Of a stretch of DNA of 64,000 bases, positions 21,301 through 31,489 are shown one piece after another (positions within the stretch are counted from its first letter, which is position 1; every line of letters starts with the position of its first letter). The notes under the pieces were generated by a model. That model worked only from the letters and a program-made list of their open reading frames with translations. It was not told the origin of the DNA and did not search any database. The stretch is from Acidimicrobiales bacterium. GTDB taxonomy: Bacteria > Actinomycetota > Acidimicrobiia > Acidimicrobiales > JAJPHD01. The DNA lies in assembly GCA_050744085.1 (NCBI GenBank), contig JBOGGU010000139.1, positions 34,809-98,808 of the forward strand, in the 5' to 3' direction. A program made the translations under genes and the position numbers.

Positions 21301-22454
21301 GCCACCTCGCTCTCGGCTAAGGCCGCAACAGAGCGTTCCAGGTCCATTTCGGCGCGTTCCGACCGCGCTGCAGTGTGCCGCTCGGCGTCGGTGGCCCTGC
21401 GCTCCACCTCGTGAAGCGCATGGACCTTGGACATGTCCAACCCGCTCAGCTGCCCGGTCATGGCATCGATCCCGACACTCAGCTCCACCCGGCGGGCTTC
21501 GATCGCCTCCAGCGCGGCCCCAGCTGAGTCCCGCTCGGCTCCCTGGAGCCGCTCGGTCTCGGTCACCTTGTCGAGGCGTGTGTTCGCCGACCGCACCGCG
21601 TCGGCCCGCAACCGGGTCTGCAAGCGGGCGTGGTCGCGGTAATGGCTAAGGAACGCACCGAGTGCCGCAGCGCTCGCCTCTAGGCGCTCGATCTCGGCGG
21701 TGTCTTCGTCCAGGCGGGCAAAGGCCGAGGCAAGGGAATCCATCCTGTGGCGCTCCAGCGGGGGCAGGGCGTCGCTCAGGTACTCACCAAGGCGGCCCAT
21801 GTCCAGCTTCTCGGACAGCTTTGGCCGCCGGAGCCGCAGCAGCAGGTGGAGGAGAGCCTCGTAGCGGTCGGGACCGAGCCCGAACAGGGCCCGGTCCACG
21901 GCAGCCCGGTGCTCGCGCGCCGACGGCGACACCACGCTGCCCTCGGGGAGGGCTGCCTTGAAGCGCTCCGCGGTGAGGGGGATCCCCCGCGGCGCCAGGT
22001 CCAGGTCCACCCCCACGCGAGCTTGGGTGACCGCCCACCAGGGGTCCACCCTCTTGCCTGCGGAGCGAACGGCTCGCATGCCCACGATGCAGGTGACGTA
22101 GTGCTCGTCCCCCTCGGAGTCGAGTTGGCCGAACTCCACCCAACTGTAGCCGATGGCGGAGGAGCGCTCCTCGGAGAACTCGACGAGGTTCCAGTACATG
22201 GTCTTGGAGCGCGAGCCGAACGGGTCCAGCCGCTCCGAGCGGATGTCGCCGTCCAGCACAAAGGGCAACAGCAGCTCCAACGCCTTCGACTTGCCAGCTG
22301 TGTTCTGTCCCCGCAGGATGAGCCGGCCGTCGGCGAACCACAGCTCCTGGTCGTCGTACTCCCAGATGTTGAGGATCCCGGCGCGCAGCGGTCGCAGGCG
22401 CCCCGGCGAGGGGCTGGGAGCCCGGCGCGCAGCTCCGAGGTGGGCGATGCTCAC
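18357..22454 (-). CDS. jetC: Wadjet JetC, SMC-like ATPase (TIGR02680-type)
   Basis: N-terminal Walker A GQNTAGKSKALE. About 900 aa of Ala/Glu/Arg-rich coiled coil follow. The C-terminus has SGGEQAKLA (signature-like) and LLMLDEAFAGIDD (Walker B). GTG 22454 forms a GTGA overlap with the jetB stop. Confidence 0.9.
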   Translation of the reverse strand: MSIAHLGAARRAPSPSPGRLRPLRAGILNIWEYDDQELWFADGRLILRGQNTAGKSKALELLLPFVLDGDIRSERLDPFGSRSKTMYWNLVEFSEERSSAIGYSWVEFGQLDSEGDEHYVTCIVGMRAVRSAGKRVDPWWAVTQARVGVDLDLAPRGIPLTAERFKAALPEGSVVSPSAREHRAAVDRALFGLGPDRYEALLHLLLRLRRPKLSEKLDMGRLGEYLSDALPPLERHRMDSLASAFARLDEDTAEIERLEASAAALGAFLSHYRDHARLQTRLRADAVRSANTRLDKVTETERLQGAERDSAGAALEAIEARRVELSVGIDAMTGQLSGLDMSKVHALHEVERRATDAERHTAARSERAEMDLERSVAALAESEVAESDAASAEERRDKVATAIVALAEAAGLGAEHDMHKGRLLAEPDRSVLAMEGSVERRHQALLAVRTAAAAAGSALERIRSEEASHRRAESALGDAEDAESQARSRLEAAGSSLAEAVEFWAAEWQVSLAGGHAEQVVDEVMAGGQPRAARLLAPARGSLREEQVAAGAERRRLEGRRAEAADERRRVDAEADDAPPARPGRPAARAAGCAPLWACVDFAPELDAVERAGLEAALEAAGLLDALVSPSGAVLDPDTLDTWVAAGRTGSAGTGSAGAGSAGAGSAGDGSVAGGLAGLVPVTAGPLDEATVLAALAAVAGAGANCTSGGKWSVGPLHGAWSKPSAEYVGASARAQARARRVAALLAEIAVLDSDLANLGARDQSLAAELGRLDRAESAWPSADGLRDAVGDLRRTTEGAGVARAALAEAAERLHQARSEGRGAIDALARAEAAAGWAAAGLDEAFDALSRYGSALATLAGDARHALATRSAAVGANARARDAEAMAAAAATQLAEALATSTQARGEADELRRTSGADADAVVTRHRELSAAREAAEAERSALGLARDSAIDRLATARALLSATSDERVEHEAERKRALDALARLGATELAVLALGPIDGELDLAQKTAGLGFARSAYERLREVGVDQAAQDSVSNRFHNQMTTLRAQLGTDFDPYLDTSGGIEVCYATLNGDVVGATALAAALGSQIRRRREALSAEERQLIERHLLTEVGTHLGEQVHAAWSLTKRMNEQLAAHPTRSGVSLRLSWEVASDAGPSAEHAVRLLRQDVRLLDQPDRAALAAFLAERVRAAREDREGADVVERLSAALDYRLWHRFCIFRRSNGRDERLTSRTQGVGSGGEQAKLAHLPLFAATAAYYSSARPDAPHLLMLDEAFAGIDDSQRGDCMAMLVDLDLDMVLTNYSEWGCYPEVPAVAVYHLERTPGRPGVTALRFVWDGQARREDDPWLEAGADATTIRADGDGLFA
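20451..20510. repeat. 15-nt in-frame tandem repeat x4 inside jetC
   Basis: ccccgccgagccggc / ccctgccgagccggc units, which encode GSAGTGSAGAGSAGAGSAGDGS on the minus strand. Confidence 0.85.
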
Positions 22455-23653
22455 CGTTGCTCCGCCTCCGGGGCCCCCGAGGGATCCGAGGGATCCGAGG
22501 CCCACAGCTGAGTGGGCGGCGACGGTCGCACCGCCTCGACGGCTGCGAAACGGGCCGCCCCAGGAAGGGCCTCGATCCCTTCGGCGTGGCGCAGGCAGAG
22601 CCGCGCCGCCACCAGGATGGCTACCGCCTGGCCGGCCAGGACCTCCGCCCCGGCCACGGTGTCAGTGCCCTGCCTCCAGTAGCCGGCGTACTCGACAGCG
22701 AGGCCCTTCACGAACCGGGTCACCTCGTCGGCGGGCCAGCGGGCTGGTTCCCCGCGGCCCTTGCGGGCACGCAGCTCGTCGCAGAGGCGCAGGGCCGTGG
22801 TCTCCGCGGCGCCGTAGTCCGGCCAGCGCAGGTCGGAGAGCTCGCCTGCGGTGTCGACGGCCACCCAACCCTCGGCGCGCACCTCCAGGCTCAGCCCCAC
22901 CTTGTCGGCCAGGACCCGCTCCAGGCGTCCCCGCTGCAAGCGTAGGTACTCGACCTCCTCACGTGACAGGTCCTCGCGGTAGACGACCGGCTCCTCGACC
23001 ATGGCCCTGGTCACGCGGTGGCGCCGGCGCCTGGCCCGGCCGTCCTCGGTGTCTGGGTAGGACTCGGTGGCGACCTCAGCCGGCGAGGCAGCCAGCGACG
23101 GGGGCTGGGGGGCGGTCGGCAGGAGCGAGAGGCGCTCCCTGTCGACCCGGTAGAGGGCGTCCCCGCCGGCCTCACCTCTGACGAAGCGCTCCTCGTCCCC
23201 GTCGGCTCGCTCCAACACCCCGAGATCGGCCGCCGCCTGGACCGCTTGGATGAATATGCGCCTGCTCGCCCCAACCGTCGGCTCCCACTCCAACCCCTCG
23301 ATGACGGCTGCTCGGACCTTGACATCCTCGAACAACGCGGCCAGCGTGGTCCTCTCACCGGCCGCCTCTGCGGCCGCCAGGACCAGGCAGGTGAGGGCGT
23401 ACCGGCGTCCGTCGAACGTCCTGCCGCTCCTGGTAGCAAAGCCCCTCGGGGCGTGGCCGGGACCGGGCAGCTTGGCCAGGCGAACCACCCCAGGCCGGCT
23501 GGCATCGAGGCGGTAGCCGAGCTCGTCGGCGAACCAGCGGGTCAGCTCGGCCCGGTGGCGCCTGGCGAGCGCCAGGGTGGGGCTCCTCCGCTCGACCAGT
23601 GGCTCGGCCAATAGGCCCCTCACTGCGCTGCGTAGCTCGTCCTCCCGCAGCAT
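22451..23653 (-). CDS. jetB: Wadjet JetB (TIGR02678-type, kleisin-associated subunit)
   Basis: Placed by position between jetA and jetC. About 400 aa, acidic and Arg-rich. ATG 23653 shares one base with the jetA stop (TGATG). Confidence 0.8.
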   Translation of the reverse strand: MLREDELRSAVRGLLAEPLVERRSPTLALARRHRAELTRWFADELGYRLDASRPGVVRLAKLPGPGHAPRGFATRSGRTFDGRRYALTCLVLAAAEAAGERTTLAALFEDVKVRAAVIEGLEWEPTVGASRRIFIQAVQAAADLGVLERADGDEERFVRGEAGGDALYRVDRERLSLLPTAPQPPSLAASPAEVATESYPDTEDGRARRRRHRVTRAMVEEPVVYREDLSREEVEYLRLQRGRLERVLADKVGLSLEVRAEGWVAVDTAGELSDLRWPDYGAAETTALRLCDELRARKGRGEPARWPADEVTRFVKGLAVEYAGYWRQGTDTVAGAEVLAGQAVAILVAARLCLRHAEGIEALPGAARFAAVEAVRPSPPTQLWASDPSDPSGAPEAEQR

Positions 23654-25156
23654 CACCCTACCGCCTCTGCTCGGGCGTCGCCGACCACGTCCAGGTGGAT
23701 CGCCATGTCGGGGCAACGCAGCTTGCCCGAGGGCATGGCGATCACCGCCTGGGGGGCGTCGGGGATGGGGCGAAGGGTGACACTGACCAACGGGGTCGAC
23801 GCGCGCCGGGCCCCGTCGCGGCCCGGATGGGCCGACAGGGCCGCGTCGACGACAGCCAGCAGCTGGGAAAACTCCTCGGCGTCCAGCATCCCCAGCTGGG
23901 AGAGCCGGCTGGGTGTGCGTCCAGCAAGACGCGCGGTGGCGCCGGCTGCCTGGCGATGAGCCAACCTTATCCTCGCCAGCCCGGCAGCCTTGGCCACGGC
24001 GTAGTCAGCGGCGCGCCCGGGGCGCCCCGGGCTGGCCCGTTTACCGGTGGCCCTCAGCCGAGGAGCCACCTCGACCGCGGCGGCGTCCCAGAAGCTGGCC
24101 CCACGCTCGGACTCCTCGTCCTCGCAGGCCTCGGCAAAGTGGCGGGCGGGGTAGAGCCCAAACGCACGGTCCCACAATGTGCAGGCCTGCGCGGGTGTCG
24201 AGGTGGCGAACCAGCGTGCAAGTTGGGTGAAGTCGGCCTCCCTGGTCACCCGGCGCAGGTGGCGCCTCGTGAAGCCGGCCGACTGCGGCGAGTATCCGGT
24301 TTAGGGCGTCGAGCATCGCCGTGCGTAGCGACTCAGCAACGGCGGGCTCGGCGCCCTGGGCGACGAACCAGGCGCTCACCCCGGCCCACCGAGTTGCGAA
24401 CGAGCGCCGGACCCCGTCGTCGTCACCGCTGAGCACCGGTGCGGCGTCGGTCTGCGCCGCGAGTTCGATGAGGCCTTCCATCTCCGGATCCAGCTCCGTG
24501 ATCGCAGCGGCGATGAGGGGGACCGTGTCGGCCAGACGGCTCACGAACTCGTCCAAGTAGGTGAACACGGCGCGCTTGTAGGAGGTAAAGGCCTCGTCGT
24601 CGCTGGCAATCTCGGTGGTCTCGACTGCCAGGTCGTTCATGTAACGTGCAGCGTTCTCGGCCAGCTCGGCGAAGCTGGCGAAAAGGTCGATGAGCAGGTG
24701 GTACACCCGAGGGCCGTCCGGGTGCCCGGTGCTCAGCTCTGCGCCGAGGGCCCCGAGCCGCTCCATGATGCCCGGCAGGAGCACGCCCGAGAGCCGGCCG
24801 CTGTCCAGCCCGGCCCTGCGCACCGCACGAATGCCCTCGTGAGCGGCCGCCCCGGCTTCGGTGAGCTGGTACAAGAAGCGCCTTGAGTAGAACGCCTCAA
24901 GCGTCTCGGGAGCCGAGGTGTCGTAGAACCTGGTGACGTTCCCCCAGGCCGCCAGCGCCTCCAGTGCCTCTGCCACCTCCTCGACACCGGCACCTGCCAG
25001 CTCCCGGGCAACCTCTGCCGGGCGAAGCTGCAACCGGTAGCGCTCCCTGGCTCCGACCAGGGCCTCCACCAGCGGTACGTACAGCCAGGCCTTCTCCGCC
25101 ACGGCATACGCGAACACCCGCAAGCTGGGATCGTGAGGGAGCGGCGCATCGGGCAT
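23653..25156 (-). pseudogene. jetA: Wadjet JetA (TIGR02677-type), interrupted by a 1-nt frameshift near 24261-24271
   Basis: ATG 25156 follows aagggggg. The N-terminal 297 aa (MPDAPLPHDPSLRVFAYAVAEK ... ILAAVGRLHE) are in one frame. The continuation RHLRRVTREADFTQLARWF ... runs to the stop at 23653 in another frame. The total length of 1504 nt is not a multiple of 3. Confidence 0.8.
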
Positions 25157-25243
25157 CCCCCCTTTATAGCCAACGGGTGTGACATGGTGGTGGACCTGTG
25201 CGTAACCTGAACGAGATGGTCGACCCCCATTAGGCTGGCGCGT

Positions 25244-25798
25244 GTGGCCACGCTGGCCGATCTCGGGGTGGAGGCCAGGTGCTGCGTGCGCTGTGCGCTG
25301 GCCAAGGGCAGGACCAACGTCGTGTTCGGCGCTGGGGACGCCTCGGCGGGGCTGATGTTCGTGGGAGAGGGCCCGGGCCACGACGAGGACATCGCCGGGC
25401 TTCCGTTCGTGGGGCGCTCCGGCAAGCTGCTGGACCGGCTGATGGCCGAGGAGCTGGGCATCGACCGTTCGGCGTGCTACATAGCAAACGTGGTCAAGTG
25501 CCGCCCACCCGGCAACCGCGACCCCCTGCCCGACGAGATCGCGAGCTGCCGGCCCTACCTGGACGCCCAGGTGGACCTGATCGACCCCCGGGTGGTCGTC
25601 ACCCTGGGCAACTTCGCCACCCGGGCCCTCCTGGACACCACCGAGCGCATCAGCGACCTACGGGGCAGGGTGTACCCGTTCAGGGGGCGAGCCCTGGTCC
25701 CCACTTACCACCCTGCTGCGGCGCTCCGAGCCGGTGGTGCGATGCTGGCGGCGATGAGGGCCGACCTGATCCGGGCCAAGCGGGAGCTCGCCCGATGA
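25244..25798 (+). CDS. udg: Uracil-DNA glycosylase, family 4 (Fe-S type)
   Basis: Cys-rich N-terminus (CCVRCALAKGRT) and the GEGPGHDEDIAGLPFVGRSGKLLD motif. Confidence 0.85.
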   Translation: MATLADLGVEARCCVRCALAKGRTNVVFGAGDASAGLMFVGEGPGHDEDIAGLPFVGRSGKLLDRLMAEELGIDRSACYIANVVKCRPPGNRDPLPDEIASCRPYLDAQVDLIDPRVVVTLGNFATRALLDTTERISDLRGRVYPFRGRALVPTYHPAAALRAGGAMLAAMRADLIRAKRELAR

Positions 25799-26274
25799 TC
25801 CACCTGGTCACCAAGTCGGCTGACGACACCAAGGAGCTGGCAGGCGCGGTCGCCGGGCAGGCTCAGGCAGGGGACGTGATCCTGCTGATCGGCGACCTCG
25901 GGGCGGGCAAGACCACATTTGCCCAGGGCTTCGGGCTGGGGCTCGGAGTAAGGGAGCCGATCACCAGCCCGACCTTTGTCCTCCTTCGGACCTACCGGGG
26001 CCGCCTCGAGCTGCTCCACGCCGACGTCTACCGCCTCGACCACACCCAAGAGGTCGTCGACCTGGGCTTGGCCGAGCTGCTGGACGAGGGCGGAGTGGCC
26101 CTGGTCGAGTGGGGCGACGCCGCTGCCGCGGCCTTTGCCCCCGACTACTTGGAGGTGAGGCTGCGCCCGGTTGGCGCCGACGGGCGGCAGGTCGAGCTGC
26201 ACCCGGTCGGCCGGGCCTGGGCGGAGCGCTGGGTGAGCCTAGAGCTGGCGCTGGATCGCTGGCGGGCGGGGTGA
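25795..26274 (+). CDS. tsaE: tRNA t6A37 biosynthesis ATPase TsaE
   Basis: ATGA overlap with udg, GDLGAGKTTF P-loop and SPTFVL. Confidence 0.85.
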   Translation: MIHLVTKSADDTKELAGAVAGQAQAGDVILLIGDLGAGKTTFAQGFGLGLGVREPITSPTFVLLRTYRGRLELLHADVYRLDHTQEVVDLGLAELLDEGGVALVEWGDAAAAAFAPDYLEVRLRPVGADGRQVELHPVGRAWAERWVSLELALDRWRAG

Positions 26275-27014
26275 GCGTGGCGGGCGAGGGTGCGGGGTTG
26301 CTGGTCCTGGGGATCGAGACCGCCACCTCGCAAGTGGGCGTGGCGCTCGGGAACCACGAAGGCATCATCTCTGCCACCCAGGTCGTGGCCCGCCGACGCC
26401 ATGCGGAGATCCTGACCCCGGCGACCGAGTGGGTGTGCCGCCAGGCGGGAGTGTCGCTGGCCGAGGTTCGGGTGGTTGCCGTCGACGTCGGGCCGGGGCT
26501 TTTCACCGGGCTGCGGGTCGGGGTGTCGGCGGCCAAGGCCACGGCAGCCGCCCTGCGGGTCCCCATGATCGGGCTGTCCAGCCTGGACCTGCTCGCATAC
26601 CAGGTGCGCCACACCGAGCGGCTCGTCGCCTCGGTCGTCGACGCCCGCAAGGGAGAGGTCTACTGGGCGCTCTACCGCCAGGCGCCGGGCGGCATCCAGC
26701 GCGTCGGCGAGCCCGATGTCTCGGCGCCCGCCGAGCTTGCCGCCGAGCTCCAGGCACGCGCCGAGCCAAGCCTGGTGGTCGGGGACGGGGCGCTCCGATA
26801 TGCCGCCATGCTGGGCGCCGACAGGGGAGCGGAGCTCGGGACCATCGGCACGGCCTATCCTCGCGCCAGCGACCTCGTGGAGCTGGCTCGGCCCAAGGTG
26901 TTGCGGGAGGAGTTCGTGCAAGTGTCGGAGATCGAGGTGGCCTACCTGCGCAAGGCGGACGCGGAGATCAACTGGGAGCGCCGCGCTGGGGCGAGCGCTG
27001 CGGGTGGCGACTGA
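26271..27014 (+). CDS. tsaB: tRNA t6A37 biosynthesis protein TsaB
   Basis: GTGA overlap with tsaE. LGIETATSQVGVAL and an ASKHA-fold pattern. Confidence 0.85.
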   Translation: MSVAGEGAGLLVLGIETATSQVGVALGNHEGIISATQVVARRRHAEILTPATEWVCRQAGVSLAEVRVVAVDVGPGLFTGLRVGVSAAKATAAALRVPMIGLSSLDLLAYQVRHTERLVASVVDARKGEVYWALYRQAPGGIQRVGEPDVSAPAELAAELQARAEPSLVVGDGALRYAAMLGADRGAELGTIGTAYPRASDLVELARPKVLREEFVQVSEIEVAYLRKADAEINWERRAGASAAGGD

Positions 27015-27016
27015 GC

Positions 27017-27625
27017 GTGGCGGCTCGCGAGCTGAGAGCAGGGGGCCCGTCCCTGAGCGGTCGTCCCGTTTCGCCGGAGGGGCTGGCGGTCCACCTGGTT
27101 CCGATGCGCCGCCGCCACCTGAGGGCGGTCATGAGGATCGAGGCGACCGTGTACCCGCGCCCGTGGTCGTTCTCGCTGTTCGTGAGCGAGCTCGCCCTCC
27201 GCAGCGTGAGGGCTTACTACGTCGCCAAGGTCGAGGGCGTGGTGGTCGGCTACGCGGGCCTGATGCTGACCGGCGACGAGGCTCACGTGACCAACATCGC
27301 GGTGGCCCCCGAGTGGCAGCGCCACAAGGTAGCGACCCGGCTGCTCCTCACCCTGGCCCGCACGGCGGTGGAGCGCGACGCCACGGGCTTGACGCTCGAG
27401 GTGAGGGTGGGCAACCTGGGGGCCCAGGCCATGTACCGCCGCTTCGGGATGGCGCCGGTGGGGATCAGGCGTAACTACTACGCCGAGACCAACGAGGATG
27501 CCCTCTTGATGACTGCCTCCCCGATCGACACCCCCGCTTACGCCATCCGCCTGGCCAGCATCGAAGCGGCGGTACCCGGCTCGACCATCGTGGAGACCTG
27601 GCCAGCGAGGACATCCCCGCGGTGA
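27017..27625 (+). CDS. rimI: Ribosomal-protein-alanine N-acetyltransferase RimI (GNAT)
   Basis: GNAT core NIAVAPEWQRHKVATRLL. It occupies the conserved position between tsaB and tsaD. Confidence 0.85.
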   Translation: MAARELRAGGPSLSGRPVSPEGLAVHLVPMRRRHLRAVMRIEATVYPRPWSFSLFVSELALRSVRAYYVAKVEGVVVGYAGLMLTGDEAHVTNIAVAPEWQRHKVATRLLLTLARTAVERDATGLTLEVRVGNLGAQAMYRRFGMAPVGIRRNYYAETNEDALLMTASPIDTPAYAIRLASIEAAVPGSTIVETWPARTSPR

Positions 27626-28758
27626 GCCCAGCCAGACCGAGCACGGCCGGAGCGAGCCCCGCCAGACCGAGCCCCGCCGGAACGAGCAAAGCCGTCCTGG
27701 GCATCGAGACCTCCTGCGACGAGACCGCAGCCGCAGTGGTCCTGGCCGGGGTCGACGTGGCGTCGTCGGTGGTCTCCAGCCAGATAGACCTCCACGCCCG
27801 CTTCGGTGGGGTCGTGCCCGAGCTTGCCGGTCGCGCACACGTCGAGCTGCTCACCCCGGTCGTTGCCGAGGCGCTCGTCGAAGCAGGCCTCGACCCCCGC
27901 CCAGCCGGCGCCGTGTCGCCCGGTGCGCCGTCGGCCCCGGCCGCACTGGCTGCGGTCGCCGCCACGGTCGGGCCGGGCCTCGTCGGCTCCCTCCTCGTGG
28001 GGGTCAGCGCGGCCAAGGCCATGGCCCTGGTGTGGGGGGTGCCCTTCGTGGGCGTAAACCACCTCGAAGCTCACCTGTACGCCGCCTCCCTGGAAGACCC
28101 CAGCATCGAGCTTCCGATGATCGTCCTGCTGGTCAGCGGCGGCCACACGATGCTCATCGAGATGGCCGACCGGGGCAGCTACCGCCTCCTCGGCCAGACC
28201 CTCGACGACGCCGCGGGCGAGGCGTTCGACAAGGTGGCCAGGTTCCTGGGCCTGGGCTACCCCGGTGGCCCCGAGATCGACCGGCTCGCAACGGTTGGCG
28301 ACCCCGAGGCCATCCGCTTCCCGCGGGCGATGATGGACGGTGGGTGGGATTTCTCCTTCAGCGGCATCAAGACCTCGGTGACCCACTACGTGAGGGCTCA
28401 TCCCGACGTGTCGTCCGCCGACGTGGCGGCCAGCTTCCAGCGGGCAGTCGTCGACGTGCTGGTCGCCAAGGCCCGCCGCGCTGCCAAGGAGCTGGGCGCC
28501 CGGGCCATCTGCCTGGCTGGGGGGGTGGCAGCCAACACTGAGCTGCGGGAAACCACAGTGGCGGCCTGCGAGGCCGACGGCATCCGTGCGTTCGTGCCGA
28601 GCCGGGCGATGTGCACGGACAACGCGGCGATGGTGGCCGCGGCGGGTTGGTGGCGGCTGCTCTCCGACGGGCCGAGCTCACTCGCCACGGGTGCCGACCC
28701 GGCGATGGGACTGGAGTGGGCAAGGGGGCTTGGCTCCACCGCGCCAAATTTTTCCTAA
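27622..28758 (+). CDS. tsaD: tRNA N6-adenosine threonylcarbamoyltransferase TsaD
   Basis: LGIETSCDETAAAV, VNHLEAHL and SGGHT. The N-terminal ~22 aa extension is encoded by a 30-nt duplication (27625-27684). Confidence 0.92.
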   Translation: MSPARPSTAGASPARPSPAGTSKAVLGIETSCDETAAAVVLAGVDVASSVVSSQIDLHARFGGVVPELAGRAHVELLTPVVAEALVEAGLDPRPAGAVSPGAPSAPAALAAVAATVGPGLVGSLLVGVSAAKAMALVWGVPFVGVNHLEAHLYAASLEDPSIELPMIVLLVSGGHTMLIEMADRGSYRLLGQTLDDAAGEAFDKVARFLGLGYPGGPEIDRLATVGDPEAIRFPRAMMDGGWDFSFSGIKTSVTHYVRAHPDVSSADVAASFQRAVVDVLVAKARRAAKELGARAICLAGGVAANTELRETTVAACEADGIRAFVPSRAMCTDNAAMVAAAGWWRLLSDGPSSLATGADPAMGLEWARGLGSTAPNFS

Positions 28759-28801
28759 AGGAATTGGGCCCGGTGGCGCCGGGCCGCCGCGCCCGCTATC
28801 G

Positions 28802-28828
28802 TTAGCACTCGCAAGGTCCGAGTGCTAA
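28802..28828. promoter_or_regulatory. CIRCE operator (HrcA binding site) upstream of groES
   Basis: A perfect TTAGCACTC-N9-GAGTGCTAA, 39 nt upstream of the groES ATG. Confidence 0.9.
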
Positions 28829-28832
28829 ATGA

Positions 28833-30827
<1,995 letters not shown>

Positions 30828-30830
30828 ACC

Positions 30831-30854
30831 CTCGGGGGGGCAAGCCCCCCCGAG
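30831..30854. terminator. Perfect 10-bp GC hairpin after groEL
   Basis: ctcggggggg-caag-cccccccgag. A second C8/G8 hairpin (about 30856-30908) encloses three copies of AAGGTCA. Confidence 0.7.
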
Positions 30855-30912
30855 TCCCCCCCCAAGGTCAAGGTCAAAACCAAGGTCAACCACGGCCCTG
30901 GGGGGGGCTTGG

Positions 30913-31485
30913 TTAGGGGCGTAGGTCGGCTGGGTCGAAGGTGACGGGGAATGGGTCGGACAGAATCATCCGTGCACCTGGGCGTCCAGCGGCTACCTCT
31001 ACGTAGCTGGTGCCGTCCAGGCGGTAAGCGTAGACAGAGGGGCCATCGTCCAGCTCGACCCGCCAGAACGCCGGGATGCCGGACTGGGCGTAGAGGCTGG
31101 GCTTGGTCAAGCGGTCCTTGGCCCCAGATCCAGGCGACACGATCTCCACCACGAGACGGACCAGGCTGGCCTCGAGAATGCCGGATCGGTTGGCCAGGGC
31201 AGGTTCCCGCTCGGCGACGAGAACGTCGGGGATGAACACGCTCCCGCCGTCCAGGCGTACCCCAGTGGCCTCGATGACGATCAGCCCTGACGGCACACGC
31301 GCCTCCAAGGCCGAAGCGAGCATGAAACTGGTGCGTTGATGCAAGGGGGGCGGCGGCGGGCTCACCACCAGGCTCCCCGCGAGCAGCTCGTAGCGCTGGG
31401 ACTCGGGTAGGGAAGCCAGATCGTCCTCGGTCCAAGGGCCGTCGTGCAGGGCGAGGGAGGATGCCACTCCACCAGCATGCCACAT
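30913..31485 (-). CDS. Uma2 (DUF820) family PD-(D/E)xK endonuclease-like protein
   Basis: 190 aa with a YELL.G.LVVSP start and the core IPDVLV ... LVVEIVSPGS ... D...K..LYA..GIP.FW.V, which is the D...E.xS...D..K pattern of Uma2. Confidence 0.75.
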   Translation of the reverse strand: MWHAGGVASSLALHDGPWTEDDLASLPESQRYELLAGSLVVSPPPPPLHQRTSFMLASALEARVPSGLIVIEATGVRLDGGSVFIPDVLVAEREPALANRSGILEASLVRLVVEIVSPGSGAKDRLTKPSLYAQSGIPAFWRVELDDGPSVYAYRLDGTSYVEVAAGRPGARMILSDPFPVTFDPADLRP

Positions 31486-31489
31486 GGGA

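Noticed and set aside
24255-24275. Programmed ribosomal frameshifting in jetA, and likewise in phnD/phnC
   Set aside because: I saw no slippery heptamer or downstream structure at the shift sites. A simple indel, real or from sequencing, is the more economical explanation.
17060-25156. The SMC-like four-gene cassette as the novel system of the window
   Set aside because: Its architecture matches the already described Wadjet/JetABCD (TIGR02677-02680) system. It is reported as a known defence system, with only the jetA frameshift as a new observation.
24041-25381. 446-aa ORF as an intact jetA with a 75-aa N-terminal extension and a different C-terminus
   Set aside because: The extension lies upstream of a good RBS and ATG at 25156, in the divergent promoter region. 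The last ~70 aa are frameshift-derived nonsense. The genuine C-terminus is in ORF 23653..24249.
25279-26274. 331-aa ORF suggesting a long TsaE
   Set aside because: Only the last ~160 aa (from ATG 25795, ATGA-coupled to udg) are TsaE. The upstream part is an out-of-frame reading of udg.
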